Part shown: positions 30,981 to 40,149 of the stretch, piece after piece
How the letters are laid out: each line of letters begins with the position of its first letter
How positions within the stretch are numbered: the first letter of the stretch is position 1
From: Thalassobaculaceae bacterium
GTDB taxonomy: Bacteria > Pseudomonadota > Alphaproteobacteria > Thalassobaculales > Thalassobaculaceae
Length of the DNA: 64,000 bases
Reading direction: 5' to 3'
Assembly (NCBI GenBank): GCA_965228875.1
Contig: OZ245843.1
Location: 2,276,616 to 2,340,615, forward strand
Translations under genes and position numbers: made by a program
Notes under the pieces: model-generated
Databases searched by the model: none
What the model was told of the DNA's origin: nothing
Seen by the model: the letters and a program-made list of their open reading frames with translations, nothing else

Positions 30981-31029
30981 AAGTGGTAGCGGAGGAGGGA
31001 CTTGAACCCCCGACACGCGGATTATGATT
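30981..31029 (-). repeat. att site: 49-bp duplicate of the tRNA-Met 3' half
   Basis: AAGTGGTAGCGGAGGAGGGACTTGAACCCCCGACACGCGGATTATGATT is identical to 40371-40419. Confidence 0.95.
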
Positions 31030-31267
31030 GGATTAGATTACAATAATCCAATATGTTTCAACCATTTACTTCGTAAGAATACAAGTGCACTACAAAATGC
31101 GCTACACTACCAAGCATTTATGACGCGCGGATTACTGTCGTTAACACTGTAATCTGAAACGCTCTTGTGCCCTCTTGACGCGTAATTTGATCATCCGAAT
31201 ATACACCAATGTATGGTATCCTGTTTCCCCGCGGCAATTCCGGTGCCCCTGCGAACGGAGAGCGCTA

Positions 31268-32116
31268 ATGCACAAAGCGATGTCTGACTATATGCTCCAA
31301 CCTCAACGATCACACGTAGATATGATCTATATGGAGTCGAGAGGTATCTATGTTCGTGTTCCGCACTATTTACGTGGAAAATGGTGGTCCGTTATTCATC
31401 TCGGCCGCTGCAATTTTAATTGTGGCTATTGCAAGCCTGGGGGATTTCTGCCGAGGGCAAAGAAACAGGTATTTCCGAACTCCCGAAAAATTCCAATGAA
31501 CGATGTTTTGGCATTCGTTCGAAATGAAGCATTAGAGGGCAATTTACTCAAGATCACAGGTGGCGAGCCAACGCTTGACTATGCGGAAGTCGAAGCAATG
31601 ATAGATTGCGCGCTCGCCCACGGCGGCTATGTTTGCTTGGATTCGAACGGATGGAATCCTGACCGCCTTTATTCTTTGGGCAAAAAGTGCCATCAGATAG
31701 CTATCGATATCAAGGGAAACAGAGAAACAGTTGAAACAATAACCGGTCGACCGCCAGAAATTTCCTTTGACCGAGCCGTTGAGTCGCTGCGGGCGATTTC
31801 GAAGCTGAATGGAACCAAAACCATTGAAGTTCGAACCCCAATTTTCTCACAAACCACAATTTCTGAACTATGCGATGTCGCCGAGGTGATTCCTTCAAAC
31901 GCATACTGGATCCTTCGCAATTTTACGGACGATGCTCTTGATGGAGACACCACGGGAATTAACGCTCCGCCGTACGCGGAGTGGGCAAAACCTGCATCAG
32001 AATCCCACGTCCTCCAGCTTCACAACACTCTCTTGGAGCATTTTCCAGACCTCTCCTCACGACTCATTTCCCTTCCAGGTTCGGCTCGAACGGAGGAGAT
32101 CTATGAGATGGCATAA
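31268..32116 (+). CDS. radical SAM protein (activating-enzyme/PflA-NrdG-like core, no SPASM domain)
   Basis: CNFNCGYC (CxxxCxxC), ITGGEPTL, DSNG, IDIKG and EVRT; GGAG RBS before ATG 31268. Confidence 0.88.
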   Translation: MHKAMSDYMLQPQRSHVDMIYMESRGIYVRVPHYLRGKWWSVIHLGRCNFNCGYCKPGGFLPRAKKQVFPNSRKIPMNDVLAFVRNEALEGNLLKITGGEPTLDYAEVEAMIDCALAHGGYVCLDSNGWNPDRLYSLGKKCHQIAIDIKGNRETVETITGRPPEISFDRAVESLRAISKLNGTKTIEVRTPIFSQTTISELCDVAEVIPSNAYWILRNFTDDALDGDTTGINAPPYAEWAKPASESHVLQLHNTLLEHFPDLSSRLISLPGSARTEEIYEMA

Positions 32117-33452
32117 GCATATACGCCGTCCCTCCTATCTGTTGCTGCAAGATGCTTTGTTCCGAGGCAGCGGAGACCTCATGCCTTCCCTTATTGGTAC
32201 ACCGCACGATAACGTTTCTGCTTTCACGTCAAACGGGATGGCTCAGCTCTACAAAGATCCTGCAGAGCATAAGAAAATCAGCGAACATCTGGGCGCCATT
32301 CTATCTAATCGAGATCGTCTTGCTGAACTTGTTTTACGCTGGCAACAGACAAAAAGTGATATTGACGATAGTCGCGAGATAGAAAAATCTCTAGCGTCTC
32401 TCCACATAGCTCTTGCACACACTCGCCTCCTAGCTCCCTGGCAACTGATTTGGTCACGCGCCGCTGAGCTGCAATTTGACAGAGCATTAGCGTCGTGTGG
32501 CGGATCCACAGAACGTCTTCAAGACCTCGTAGAGCAACGCCTTGGCCGTTATGTAATGTCAACCATTGGCGAGTTCCGAATCTCTCAATCCGCCCATTTA
32601 CTTAGAGAGGGATCTAACCCCACACAAATATCCACAACCTGGAAGCAACGACTTTGGTCTCCAGGTTTCGCTAATCCCGTAAATATATTTAATCTATCCA
32701 ATAAGGCAAATAGAGAGAGAGAACTGAATCAATCTATCCTCTTTTTATCACATGATACTATTTTCGATCATTTCGACGATCCAATAATTTTATTAGGACT
32801 AATGATCCGCGCACGCGAAGAACGTCGATCATATTTAAATACAGCACTTTATCTTATCGATCAATCATTTTCAGAAATGAAATCAGACCCCTCGCTTCCG
32901 AAACCAATCTCCAACATCCTAGACTATACGTTGGATGAACTATTTTCTATAGGAACCTTTACTGAACTTCCTAGCCGCATTCAACCGTATCTTTACATTA
33001 AGACTGGTCCAACTCCATGCGTTATGTGCGGGACCCAAGCTGAAGACATACTGCAGTACGCTATCTTGGATGCATCCGAGGATGTCCCTGCCGGACAGAA
33101 AACGTTTAATACGCGGATGACGGCCTCACGAGGTAGAACGGTCGGAAATGCCGTGGTCATACAAGATACACTATTTGCGCCTCTGGATATCGAACCTGGC
33201 TCCGTACTTGTAGTGCATGATGCGGGAACCCACGCGTGGACTGCAGCAGCTTTCTCTCGCGCAAGTGGCGTGATAACAGAGCGAGGTGGTTTTACTAGTC
33301 ATGGAGCAACGATAGCCCGAGAGATGAACATTCCATGTATAGTTGGCGCTACAGGGATCGTGTCGAAAATTCAATCCGGCGAGCGAGTTCGAATGGATGC
33401 AGATGCCTGCCGTGTTGAAGTTTGGAAGGATGCTAAATGGACGCGGGTGTAA
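32103..33452 (+). CDS. PEP-utilizing enzyme mobile (phosphohistidine) domain protein with unrecognised N-terminal domain
   Basis: C-terminal ASRG..VG.A, PGSVLV, GVITERGGFTSHGATIAREMNIPCIVG; GGAGGAG RBS; overlaps the radical SAM stop. Confidence 0.88.
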   Translation: MRWHKHIRRPSYLLLQDALFRGSGDLMPSLIGTPHDNVSAFTSNGMAQLYKDPAEHKKISEHLGAILSNRDRLAELVLRWQQTKSDIDDSREIEKSLASLHIALAHTRLLAPWQLIWSRAAELQFDRALASCGGSTERLQDLVEQRLGRYVMSTIGEFRISQSAHLLREGSNPTQISTTWKQRLWSPGFANPVNIFNLSNKANRERELNQSILFLSHDTIFDHFDDPIILLGLMIRAREERRSYLNTALYLIDQSFSEMKSDPSLPKPISNILDYTLDELFSIGTFTELPSRIQPYLYIKTGPTPCVMCGTQAEDILQYAILDASEDVPAGQKTFNTRMTASRGRTVGNAVVIQDTLFAPLDIEPGSVLVVHDAGTHAWTAAAFSRASGVITERGGFTSHGATIAREMNIPCIVGATGIVSKIQSGERVRMDADACRVEVWKDAKWTRV

Positions 33453-34231
33453 AGAATTTATCAGATCTGTCCTATGATGATAGAATCTGGGTTGGCGCTA
33501 AAACTTGGAACCTTTATTTAATAGAACAACTAGTCCCCGTGCCTCTCGCCTTTGTCGTAAACCCCAGCGCCGACAACGAACAGGTAAAGGATCACTATCT
33601 TAAAATTGGCCTAGGGGCGTCCACTCCGGTTGCTGTTCGATCATCTTTTTCTCTTGAAAACTCCGCTTCTCAGAGTTTCTCCGGAATGTTCCCAACATTC
33701 CTAAATATTACACATCAAGAAGAACTTTTTTCCGCGATTGATAAAGTATCAGAAAGTTGGAAGGATGCAAAAATCGATCGTGACTTTACTACGGCTAGAA
33801 CTGCTACGTCTCCTAGTGGAAGCGTCTTAGTCCAAATGCTCATCGCATGCTCTTTCAGTATTTTTGGTACATATAAGACCGAGGATCGCCAATGGATTTT
33901 CGAAGGATGCTGGGGGCTAGGAACTCCACTGGCTGATGGGTTGATATTACCTGAACGTGCCGTCTGTCAGAAATTTGGAAAAGACTGGCATATAGTGCAT
34001 CGCTCCGCAGTATGCCAAGAGATCATCTGCGTACCTGGATTGGTCGGTACCACTATAGGCCCCTGTCCAGTCTCTCTGTCAGGTCGATCTTGTCTCGACA
34101 TGAGCGCCATCGAAACAATTCTAGCGCAAATCGACATAATAGAAGCCAACGTCGGCAATCTTTCTGATATTGAGCTCGGGAATTCCTCTGGAAAAATGTA
34201 CGTGTTTCAAGCTCGCTTCATTGATCAATGA
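33437..34231 (+). CDS. stand-alone PEP-synthase/PPDK N-terminal ATP-grasp domain protein
   Basis: GAK..NL, VP.AFV, VAVRSS...E.....SFSG, VLVQ, WGLG...G and DIE......Y.FQAR motifs. Confidence 0.85.
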   Translation: MDAGVKNLSDLSYDDRIWVGAKTWNLYLIEQLVPVPLAFVVNPSADNEQVKDHYLKIGLGASTPVAVRSSFSLENSASQSFSGMFPTFLNITHQEELFSAIDKVSESWKDAKIDRDFTTARTATSPSGSVLVQMLIACSFSIFGTYKTEDRQWIFEGCWGLGTPLADGLILPERAVCQKFGKDWHIVHRSAVCQEIICVPGLVGTTIGPCPVSLSGRSCLDMSAIETILAQIDIIEANVGNLSDIELGNSSGKMYVFQARFIDQ

Positions 34232-34965
34232 TGCGTATTTTCCAGCGTACCATCTATGAGGTCCGCCGAAGCGTTAGCGCACTATATAGCTCTATTCCGA
34301 GCAGTGAAATAAAATATCTTTCTCAACTCGTTGATAAAGACGGAATAGTAATCGACATAGGAGCAAATGTCGGCAGATATACAAGGACTTTTGCTAACTT
34401 ATGCCCAAAAGGCCAAGTCATCGCATTTGAACCTGGGAGCTGGGCATTTCGGAGACTTTGGTTTGCCACCATCTTCTTACGCGCTCGACTGAAAGTCAGG
34501 ATCTATCAAACCGCACTAGGATCACAAAATGCGCTTATGGATCTAAAGATCCCAATCAAGGAATCTGGGGTGCCGAGGTATGGACTAGCGCATCTTGGAG
34601 CGGCATACGACGAACGTGAGCGCGAATTTGAGATTGTTCCCGTAAATCGGCTTGATGATTTCTTGATCGTGCGACAGCTCGCCCGCATTGACTTGATAAA
34701 AATGGATGTGGAGGGTTGGGAGTATCACGTATTGTGTGGTGCGCTCAACATGGTTCAACAATTTCGACCAATCGTGGTTATAGAAGTATCAGAAATTTTG
34801 TTGTCTAGCGCTGCATCGTCGAAGAGTGATCTGTTCGAGTTGTTGCGGAGCCTAGAATACCAGTCACTAGAAATACTAGATGGAACATTGAGAGTTTGCG
34901 ACAATCCTAATTCATGGGACACAGTGTGGGTTCCGAATGAACGTCTACGACACCTAGTTCTTTGA
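34228..34965 (+). CDS. FkbM-family methyltransferase
   Basis: IDIGANVG, VIAFEP, LDD and LIKMDVEGWE; ATGA overlap. Confidence 0.9.
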   Translation: MMRIFQRTIYEVRRSVSALYSSIPSSEIKYLSQLVDKDGIVIDIGANVGRYTRTFANLCPKGQVIAFEPGSWAFRRLWFATIFLRARLKVRIYQTALGSQNALMDLKIPIKESGVPRYGLAHLGAAYDEREREFEIVPVNRLDDFLIVRQLARIDLIKMDVEGWEYHVLCGALNMVQQFRPIVVIEVSEILLSSAASSKSDLFELLRSLEYQSLEILDGTLRVCDNPNSWDTVWVPNERLRHLVL

Positions 34966-34986
34966 TATTCGTTTGGGAGGAGCGGC

Positions 34987-36210
34987 ATGAGGATAGAACA
35001 TCGAAAAGGATATTTGGCAATTAATGGCCTTTGTGAATGGCTTCCAAATTTCGAAGAGTCGTGCAAGTCTGCGTTTTCTCTTGCAGAGCGAGCCGCTTTT
35101 GATCCGGACCGCCCCCTATCGCGGCGTACATCGAACAAAAATGGGTCGTTAAGCGAAAATGCAAGGAACGATTTCCGTAAGAGCGCTCACAAGTTTCATT
35201 GGCGCGAATGCCTTGAAACGCGAATGCGCATTCTGGAAACTCAGCATCAAGAATTAACAGAAGACAATATTAGCGGGCTCAAAGAATGTTTAATTAGGAA
35301 TCCCGCTGCGCATCGATCATACGATTTTGGCTGGAGTGACAAAGGTACATTAGAACGCGATAATTCGGGAATTGGTGAATTTGTTCATGCGGTGGATAAC
35401 CCAATTTCTTCAGCAGTAGATGAATACCTATGCCGTAGTTCGAAAAATAGATTTGACGCGTTGCGAAGACCTGGATCTCTGAAAGTAATTGGTCACGTCT
35501 ACAATGTGGGAGGAGGTGATGCGCCGGATTTAGCCGATATCGGTCATATCGATATGTCCATATATACAATTGTTTATAGCACCCAAGGCGCTTGTTTAGA
35601 GTTCTTTGAGGGGGGGCAGTGGCTATCTGTTGGTCAATGTGATTGCGTGGTGATTTTTGGGTGGCTCTTGGAGCGCCTTGGATATCCTGAGTTTCATGCT
35701 GGTATCCATCGAGTTCGGTCAGTTACCAAGAGGCGTGTAAGTCTGACTTCATTCCACGAGTTGAATTCCAGCGTCAAAAGCTTGGTACTAGGGGGGCGGG
35801 AGTTTGCTCGTGAAGAAGTAAATGTAATTAAACGGTATGCTGGTTGGAGAACCAGAGGCTGCTACGGAGAATCATTGACACATTTCGCGGCGCGAACTGC
35901 CGATGTGGAAATGATGCGGCACTTGCTACGTTCACCTGTGCTATCAGGCACTGAGAGGTGTGCGCTTGGCCGCACTCCGATGCATCTGGCCGTGCTTCGC
36001 GGTGCGTTCGATGTCGTTAACGATTTACTGATGCATGGTGTTTGTTCTGATTTATGTGATGCGTATGGTGTTACACCGCTCCATCTTGCGTACTTTACGA
36101 ACAACGCTGCCGCCGTGGATGTGTTGCTTAAAAGTGGAGCTTCTCCGGATCTATTGACCAAATGGGGAAGTTCCCCGAAAAAGTGGAGCGGTCTGCACTC
36201 ATCCGCTTAG
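34987..36210 (+). CDS. 2OG-Fe(II) oxygenase (IPNS-like) fused to C-terminal ankyrin repeats
   Basis: HID...HRV...RVS (HxD/H/RxS); ankyrin repeats GESLTHFAA, GRTPMHLA and GVTPLHLA; GGGAGG RBS. Confidence 0.8.
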   Translation: MRIEHRKGYLAINGLCEWLPNFEESCKSAFSLAERAAFDPDRPLSRRTSNKNGSLSENARNDFRKSAHKFHWRECLETRMRILETQHQELTEDNISGLKECLIRNPAAHRSYDFGWSDKGTLERDNSGIGEFVHAVDNPISSAVDEYLCRSSKNRFDALRRPGSLKVIGHVYNVGGGDAPDLADIGHIDMSIYTIVYSTQGACLEFFEGGQWLSVGQCDCVVIFGWLLERLGYPEFHAGIHRVRSVTKRRVSLTSFHELNSSVKSLVLGGREFAREEVNVIKRYAGWRTRGCYGESLTHFAARTADVEMMRHLLRSPVLSGTERCALGRTPMHLAVLRGAFDVVNDLLMHGVCSDLCDAYGVTPLHLAYFTNNAAAVDVLLKSGASPDLLTKWGSSPKKWSGLHSSA

Positions 36211-36214
36211 GAGA

Positions 36215-37113
36215 TGGAGTGCTCCCGGACGTGCCCTAGGCTGGGGCTCGAGTTTCCGGACCGTGTCATCATCACGGGCTGGCAACGTGTGCTGATTTCA
36301 TGAGCGCTTCCGGGGCCTTGTTCCCGATTGCGCTGTGTGGCCGCTGTTCGTTGTAGTCTCTACGCCAAGCATCCAACTTTTCCGCTGCATCGGCAAGGCT
36401 CGGGAACCAGTGGGTGTTCAGGCATTCCGCCCAGAGTCGACCGTTGAACGCCTTGATGAACGCGTTGTCGGTGGTCTTTCGAGGACGCGAGAAGTCGAGC
36501 GTGACGTCTTTCTGGTAAGCCCACAGGTCCATGTCCCGGGAGATGAACTCCGAGCCCTGGTTGACCCGGGGCGTCTTCGGATAGCCGATTTGTCGGCGGA
36601 CACGTTCCAAAGTCGCCACCACGTTCTCGCCCCGGTAGCTGAACCTCAGATCAAGCAACGGGACATAGCGTGAGTAAGTATCGACCACCATCAGCACACG
36701 GACCTTACGGCCCGTCGCCAAATGGTCGTGCACGAAGTCCCCTTTCTGCGATTGCAAGCAATCGCCTGCCGGGCAGCGATCGCCCACACGTCCCTTGGCC
36801 CGATGGCTTCAGCGCGATCGTCACGCAACTTGGCCTTCACCCGCCGCTTCGGCGACTTGTTGCGCAGCTGCATGACCAACTCCCTGAAAACTCGGTAGAT
36901 CTTCTTCATGTTGATCGCCCAGCCCTCCCGCGTGAAAAGGACATGGACCCGTCGGTAGCCGAAGCGCACGCGGGTCTTACAGATCTCCTTGATCCGCTGT
37001 TCCAAAGCGGCCTGGTCGGGTCGACGCGAGGTGTATCGGTAGGTCTTGGGATTCAGCAGGATCGCCGCACAGGCGCGGCGGATCGGGACCGTCCATTCCG
37101 ATCGCATCGCATC
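36215..37113 (-). pseudogene. truncated, frameshifted IS3-family element (orfB only)
   Basis: Close paralog of the orfB at 37224-38021; terminal IR begins TGGAGTGCTCCC at 36215; 38-bp insertion at 36741-36778; cut at 37113. Confidence 0.88.
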
Positions 37114-37165
37114 TGACCTGAGCCCCGCAAACTCCTCCAGATTTGAGTAGAGTCCGTCACCAGAT

Positions 37166-38402
37166 TGAAGTGCTCCCGAACCTGCCCCCAGCCGTGGCTA
37201 GAGTTTTCGGGCCTCGGTCAGCATCACGGGCTGGTTACGTGTGCTGATTTCATGAGCGCTGCCGGGACCTTGTTCCCGATTGCGCTGTGCGGTCGCTGTT
37301 CGTTGTAGTCTCTACGCCAAGCCTCCAACTTTTCCGCCGCATCGGCAAGGCTCAGGAACCAGTGGGCGTTCAGACATTCCGCCCGCAGACGGCCGTTGAA
37401 CGCCTCGATGAAGGCGTTGTCGGTGGGCTTTCCAGGGCGTGAGAAGTCGAGTGTGACGCCCCGCCGGTAGGCCCACAGGTCCATGTCGCGGGAGATGAAC
37501 TCTGAGCCCTGGTCCACCCGGATCGTCTTCGGATAGCCGATCTGACCGCAGACCCGTTCCAGTGTTGCGACCACGTCTTCGCCCCGGTAGCTGAACCGCG
37601 GATCAAGCACCGGGACATAGCGCGAGTAGGTATCGACGATCGTCAGCACGCGGATCTTGCGGCCCGTTGCCAGCTGATCGTGCACGAAGTCCATTGCCCA
37701 GACATCGTTGGAGCCAACGGCTTCGGTACGGTCGTCACGCAGCTTGGCCTTGACCCGCCGCTTCGGCGTCTTGTTGCGCAGCTGCATGCCCAACTCCCTG
37801 TAAACGCGGTAGGTCTTCTTCATGTTGATCGTCCAACCCTCCCGCGTGAGAAGGACATGGACCCGTCGGTAGCCGAAGCGCACACGGGTCTGACAGATCT
37901 CCCTGATCCGCTGTTCCAAAGCGGCCTGGTCGGGTCGACGCGAGGTGTATCGGTAGGTCTTGGGATCGAGCAGGATCGCCGCGCAGGCGCGGCGGATCGA
38001 GACCGCCCACTCCGATCGCATCGCATCGACCAGCGTTCTCTTCCGACCAGGCCTCAGAGCTTTCGTTTGATGACGTCCTGCAGCATCTCCTTGTCGAGCG
38101 ACAAGTCGGCAACGATCTTCTTCAGCCGAGCGTTCTCATGCTCAAGCTCGCGCATCCGCCGCATCTCCGACGGCATCATGCCTGCGTACTTCTTCTTCCA
38201 ATTGAAATACGTCGCCTGGCTGATCCCAGCCTGACGGCAAACTTCTGCCACTGGCGTTCCGTCCTCGCCCTGCTTGATGATGAACGCCTTCTGCGCGTCC
38301 GTGAATCTCGATGCCTTCATCGTCTCCCGCTCCTCTTCCAGCCAAGGAATCAGACCCGGAAAACTCTAACCAAATTCGAGGGCGTTTCGCGGAGGCACAT
38401 CA
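37166..38402 (-). mobile_element. IS3-family element (nested, apparently intact)
   Basis: Imperfect IRs TGAAGTGC...TAGAGTTTTC and TGATGTGC...TAGAGTTTTC; 1237 bp; orfA plus orfB. Confidence 0.9.
37224..38320 (-). CDS. IS3 transposase OrfAB (orfA 38054-38320, orfB -1 frame to 37224)
   Basis: orfA HTH MKASRFTDAQK; orfB WAMDF, DQGSEF and PGKPTDNAFIE DDE motifs; CGA_AAG shift site at 38060-38065. Confidence 0.9.
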
Positions 38403-38421
38403 CAGACAGGAGACGGATCAG

Positions 38422-39578
38422 ATGAAGCGCAGTCGGTTCAGCGAAGAGCAGATCATCGCGATTTTGCGTGAGCAGGAGGCCGGTCAGAAGACGGCGGATG
38501 TGTGCCGCCGCCACGGGATCAGCGACGCGACGTTCTATAAGTGGAAGGCGAAGTACGGGGGCTTGGAGGTGTCGGAGGCCAAGCGGCTGAAGGGGCTGGA
38601 GGACGAGAACGCGCGGCTGAAGAAGCTGCTGGCGGAGGCGATGCTGGACAACGCCATGTTGAAGGACATCGTGTCAAAAAAATGGTGACGCCCGCGGCGA
38701 GGCGGGAGGCCGTTGCTCACCTGCGTGCGGTGCACGCGGTGAGCGAGCGGCGGGCGTGTTGTGTCCTGTCGGTGGATCGGTCGTCGGTGCGCTACCGATC
38801 GTGCAGACCTGACGACGTGGAGGTCCGCGAGCGTCTGCGGGCGCTCTCGCGCGAGCGGCGTCGCTTCGGCTACCGGCGCCTGCACTTGCTGCTGGCCCGC
38901 GAGGGGATCGCGATGAACCACAAGAAGCTCAGGCGGCTGTATCGCGAGGAGAAGCTCCAGGTGCGCCGCCGGGGTGGGCGTAAGCGGGCGTTGGGAACAC
39001 GCGCGCCCTTAAATCTGCCGCAGGGACCGAACCAGCGTTGGTCCTTGGACTTCGTGTCCGACGCATTGTCGGACGGACGGCGTTTCCGGATCCTGGCGAT
39101 CGTCGACGACTTCACCCGCGAGTGCCTGGCCCTGGTGGCCGACACCTCGCTCTCGGGCCAGCGCGTGGTGCGGGAGCTCGACACCCTGATCTGGCGGCGG
39201 CGGGCCAGGCCGCAGACCATCGTCAGCGATAACGGCACCGAACTCACCAGCATGGCGGTGCTGCGCTGGAGCCAGGAGCGTGCCGTTGAATGGCACTACA
39301 TCGCGCCGGGCAAGCCGATGCAGAACGGCTTCGTGGAGAGCTTCAACGGGCGCCTGCGCGACGAGTGCCTCAACGAGACACTGTTCGCCTCGCTGGGCCA
39401 CGCCCGCGCCGTGCTCGGCGCCTGGAAGGAGGACTACAACACCGTTAGACCGCACTCGAGCCTGGGCGGCAGAACACCCTCCGAGATCGCCGACCAAGCA
39501 GGCGCGGGGCATGCCCCGCACCTGCTTGCCATCCCATCAACAAATAGCCATCAATCGATGCCCGGGCTCTACCAATAG
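38422..39578 (+). CDS. IS3 transposase OrfAB (orfA 38422-38688, orfB -1 frame to 39578)
   Basis: MKRSRFSEEQI; A7 slippery run at 38676-38682; WSLDF, DNGTE and PGKPMQNGFVESFNG. Confidence 0.92.
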
Positions 39579-39604
39579 CCGGAGGAAACTCGGGGCTCAG
39601 GTCA

Positions 39605-40149
39605 TCGCGCCCATTGTTGACGAGGACTGGCACATGGGCGCGGTTCATGTATCCCTGGGCTACAGCCTCGTCGAACACGCGATTAAGCGCCGAATTATGC
39701 GTGTTCAAGGTCGAGGCCTTCGGCTCCCGCCCCATTTTTTCCGCCCGCCACTTCGCGAACTTCTGAAGCTCCTCATAGGTGATCGAGGTGATGAATTTGT
39801 CACCGAAATAGGGGATCAGATATTTTTCGAGGACAATCTTGTAGTCACGGAAGCTCTTTTTGCCCGTCCCCGCCGCAACCTGCTTGTCCATGTTGGCGAT
39901 GGCCACCTTTGCCACATCGGCAAATCGCTTACTGATGATCGGCAGCCCGTTCTTCTCGCGCGCCTGATACTCGTAGTACAGCTCCCGCGCCCGTTTCTTG
40001 GCATCTGCCAGCTGCTTGCACTTGGTGGTAACGCGTACCCACCGTCCGCCCATCTTGAACGTCGCCTGCCAGGCCCGACTCCGGTCCCGCTTGAACAGGC
40101 GGACATCCCCATCGAGCATAGTGACGGTATTCGGAGCGAGTTTGGGCAT
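39605..40149 (-). pseudogene. tyrosine integrase, N-terminal arm/core-binding part only
   Basis: Arm-binding-like N-terminus, YLIPYFG...I.SIT and ASTLN...SAL..VF SAM-like domain; broken by the IS end at 39604; no R-H-R-Y catalytic region. Confidence 0.82.

Larger units (their letters stand above)
37114..39604 (+). mobile_element. IS3-family element (outer, interrupted by a nested IS)
   Basis: Terminal IRs TGACCTGAGCCCCG (37114-37127) and CGGGGCTCAGGTCA (39591-39604); orfA and orfB inside. Confidence 0.9.

Noticed and set aside
30981..31029. Second tRNA gene
   Set aside because: Only the 3' half is present; it is the att duplication
31122..31134. GACGCGCGGATTA resembling the att core (12 of 13 match to 31012-31024)
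   Set aside because: Too short to separate from chance without homologous islands
32103..34231. Frameshifted ppsA/ppdK pseudogene
   Set aside because: Domain order is reversed relative to PpsA, the pyruvate-binding barrel is absent, and each ORF has its own start
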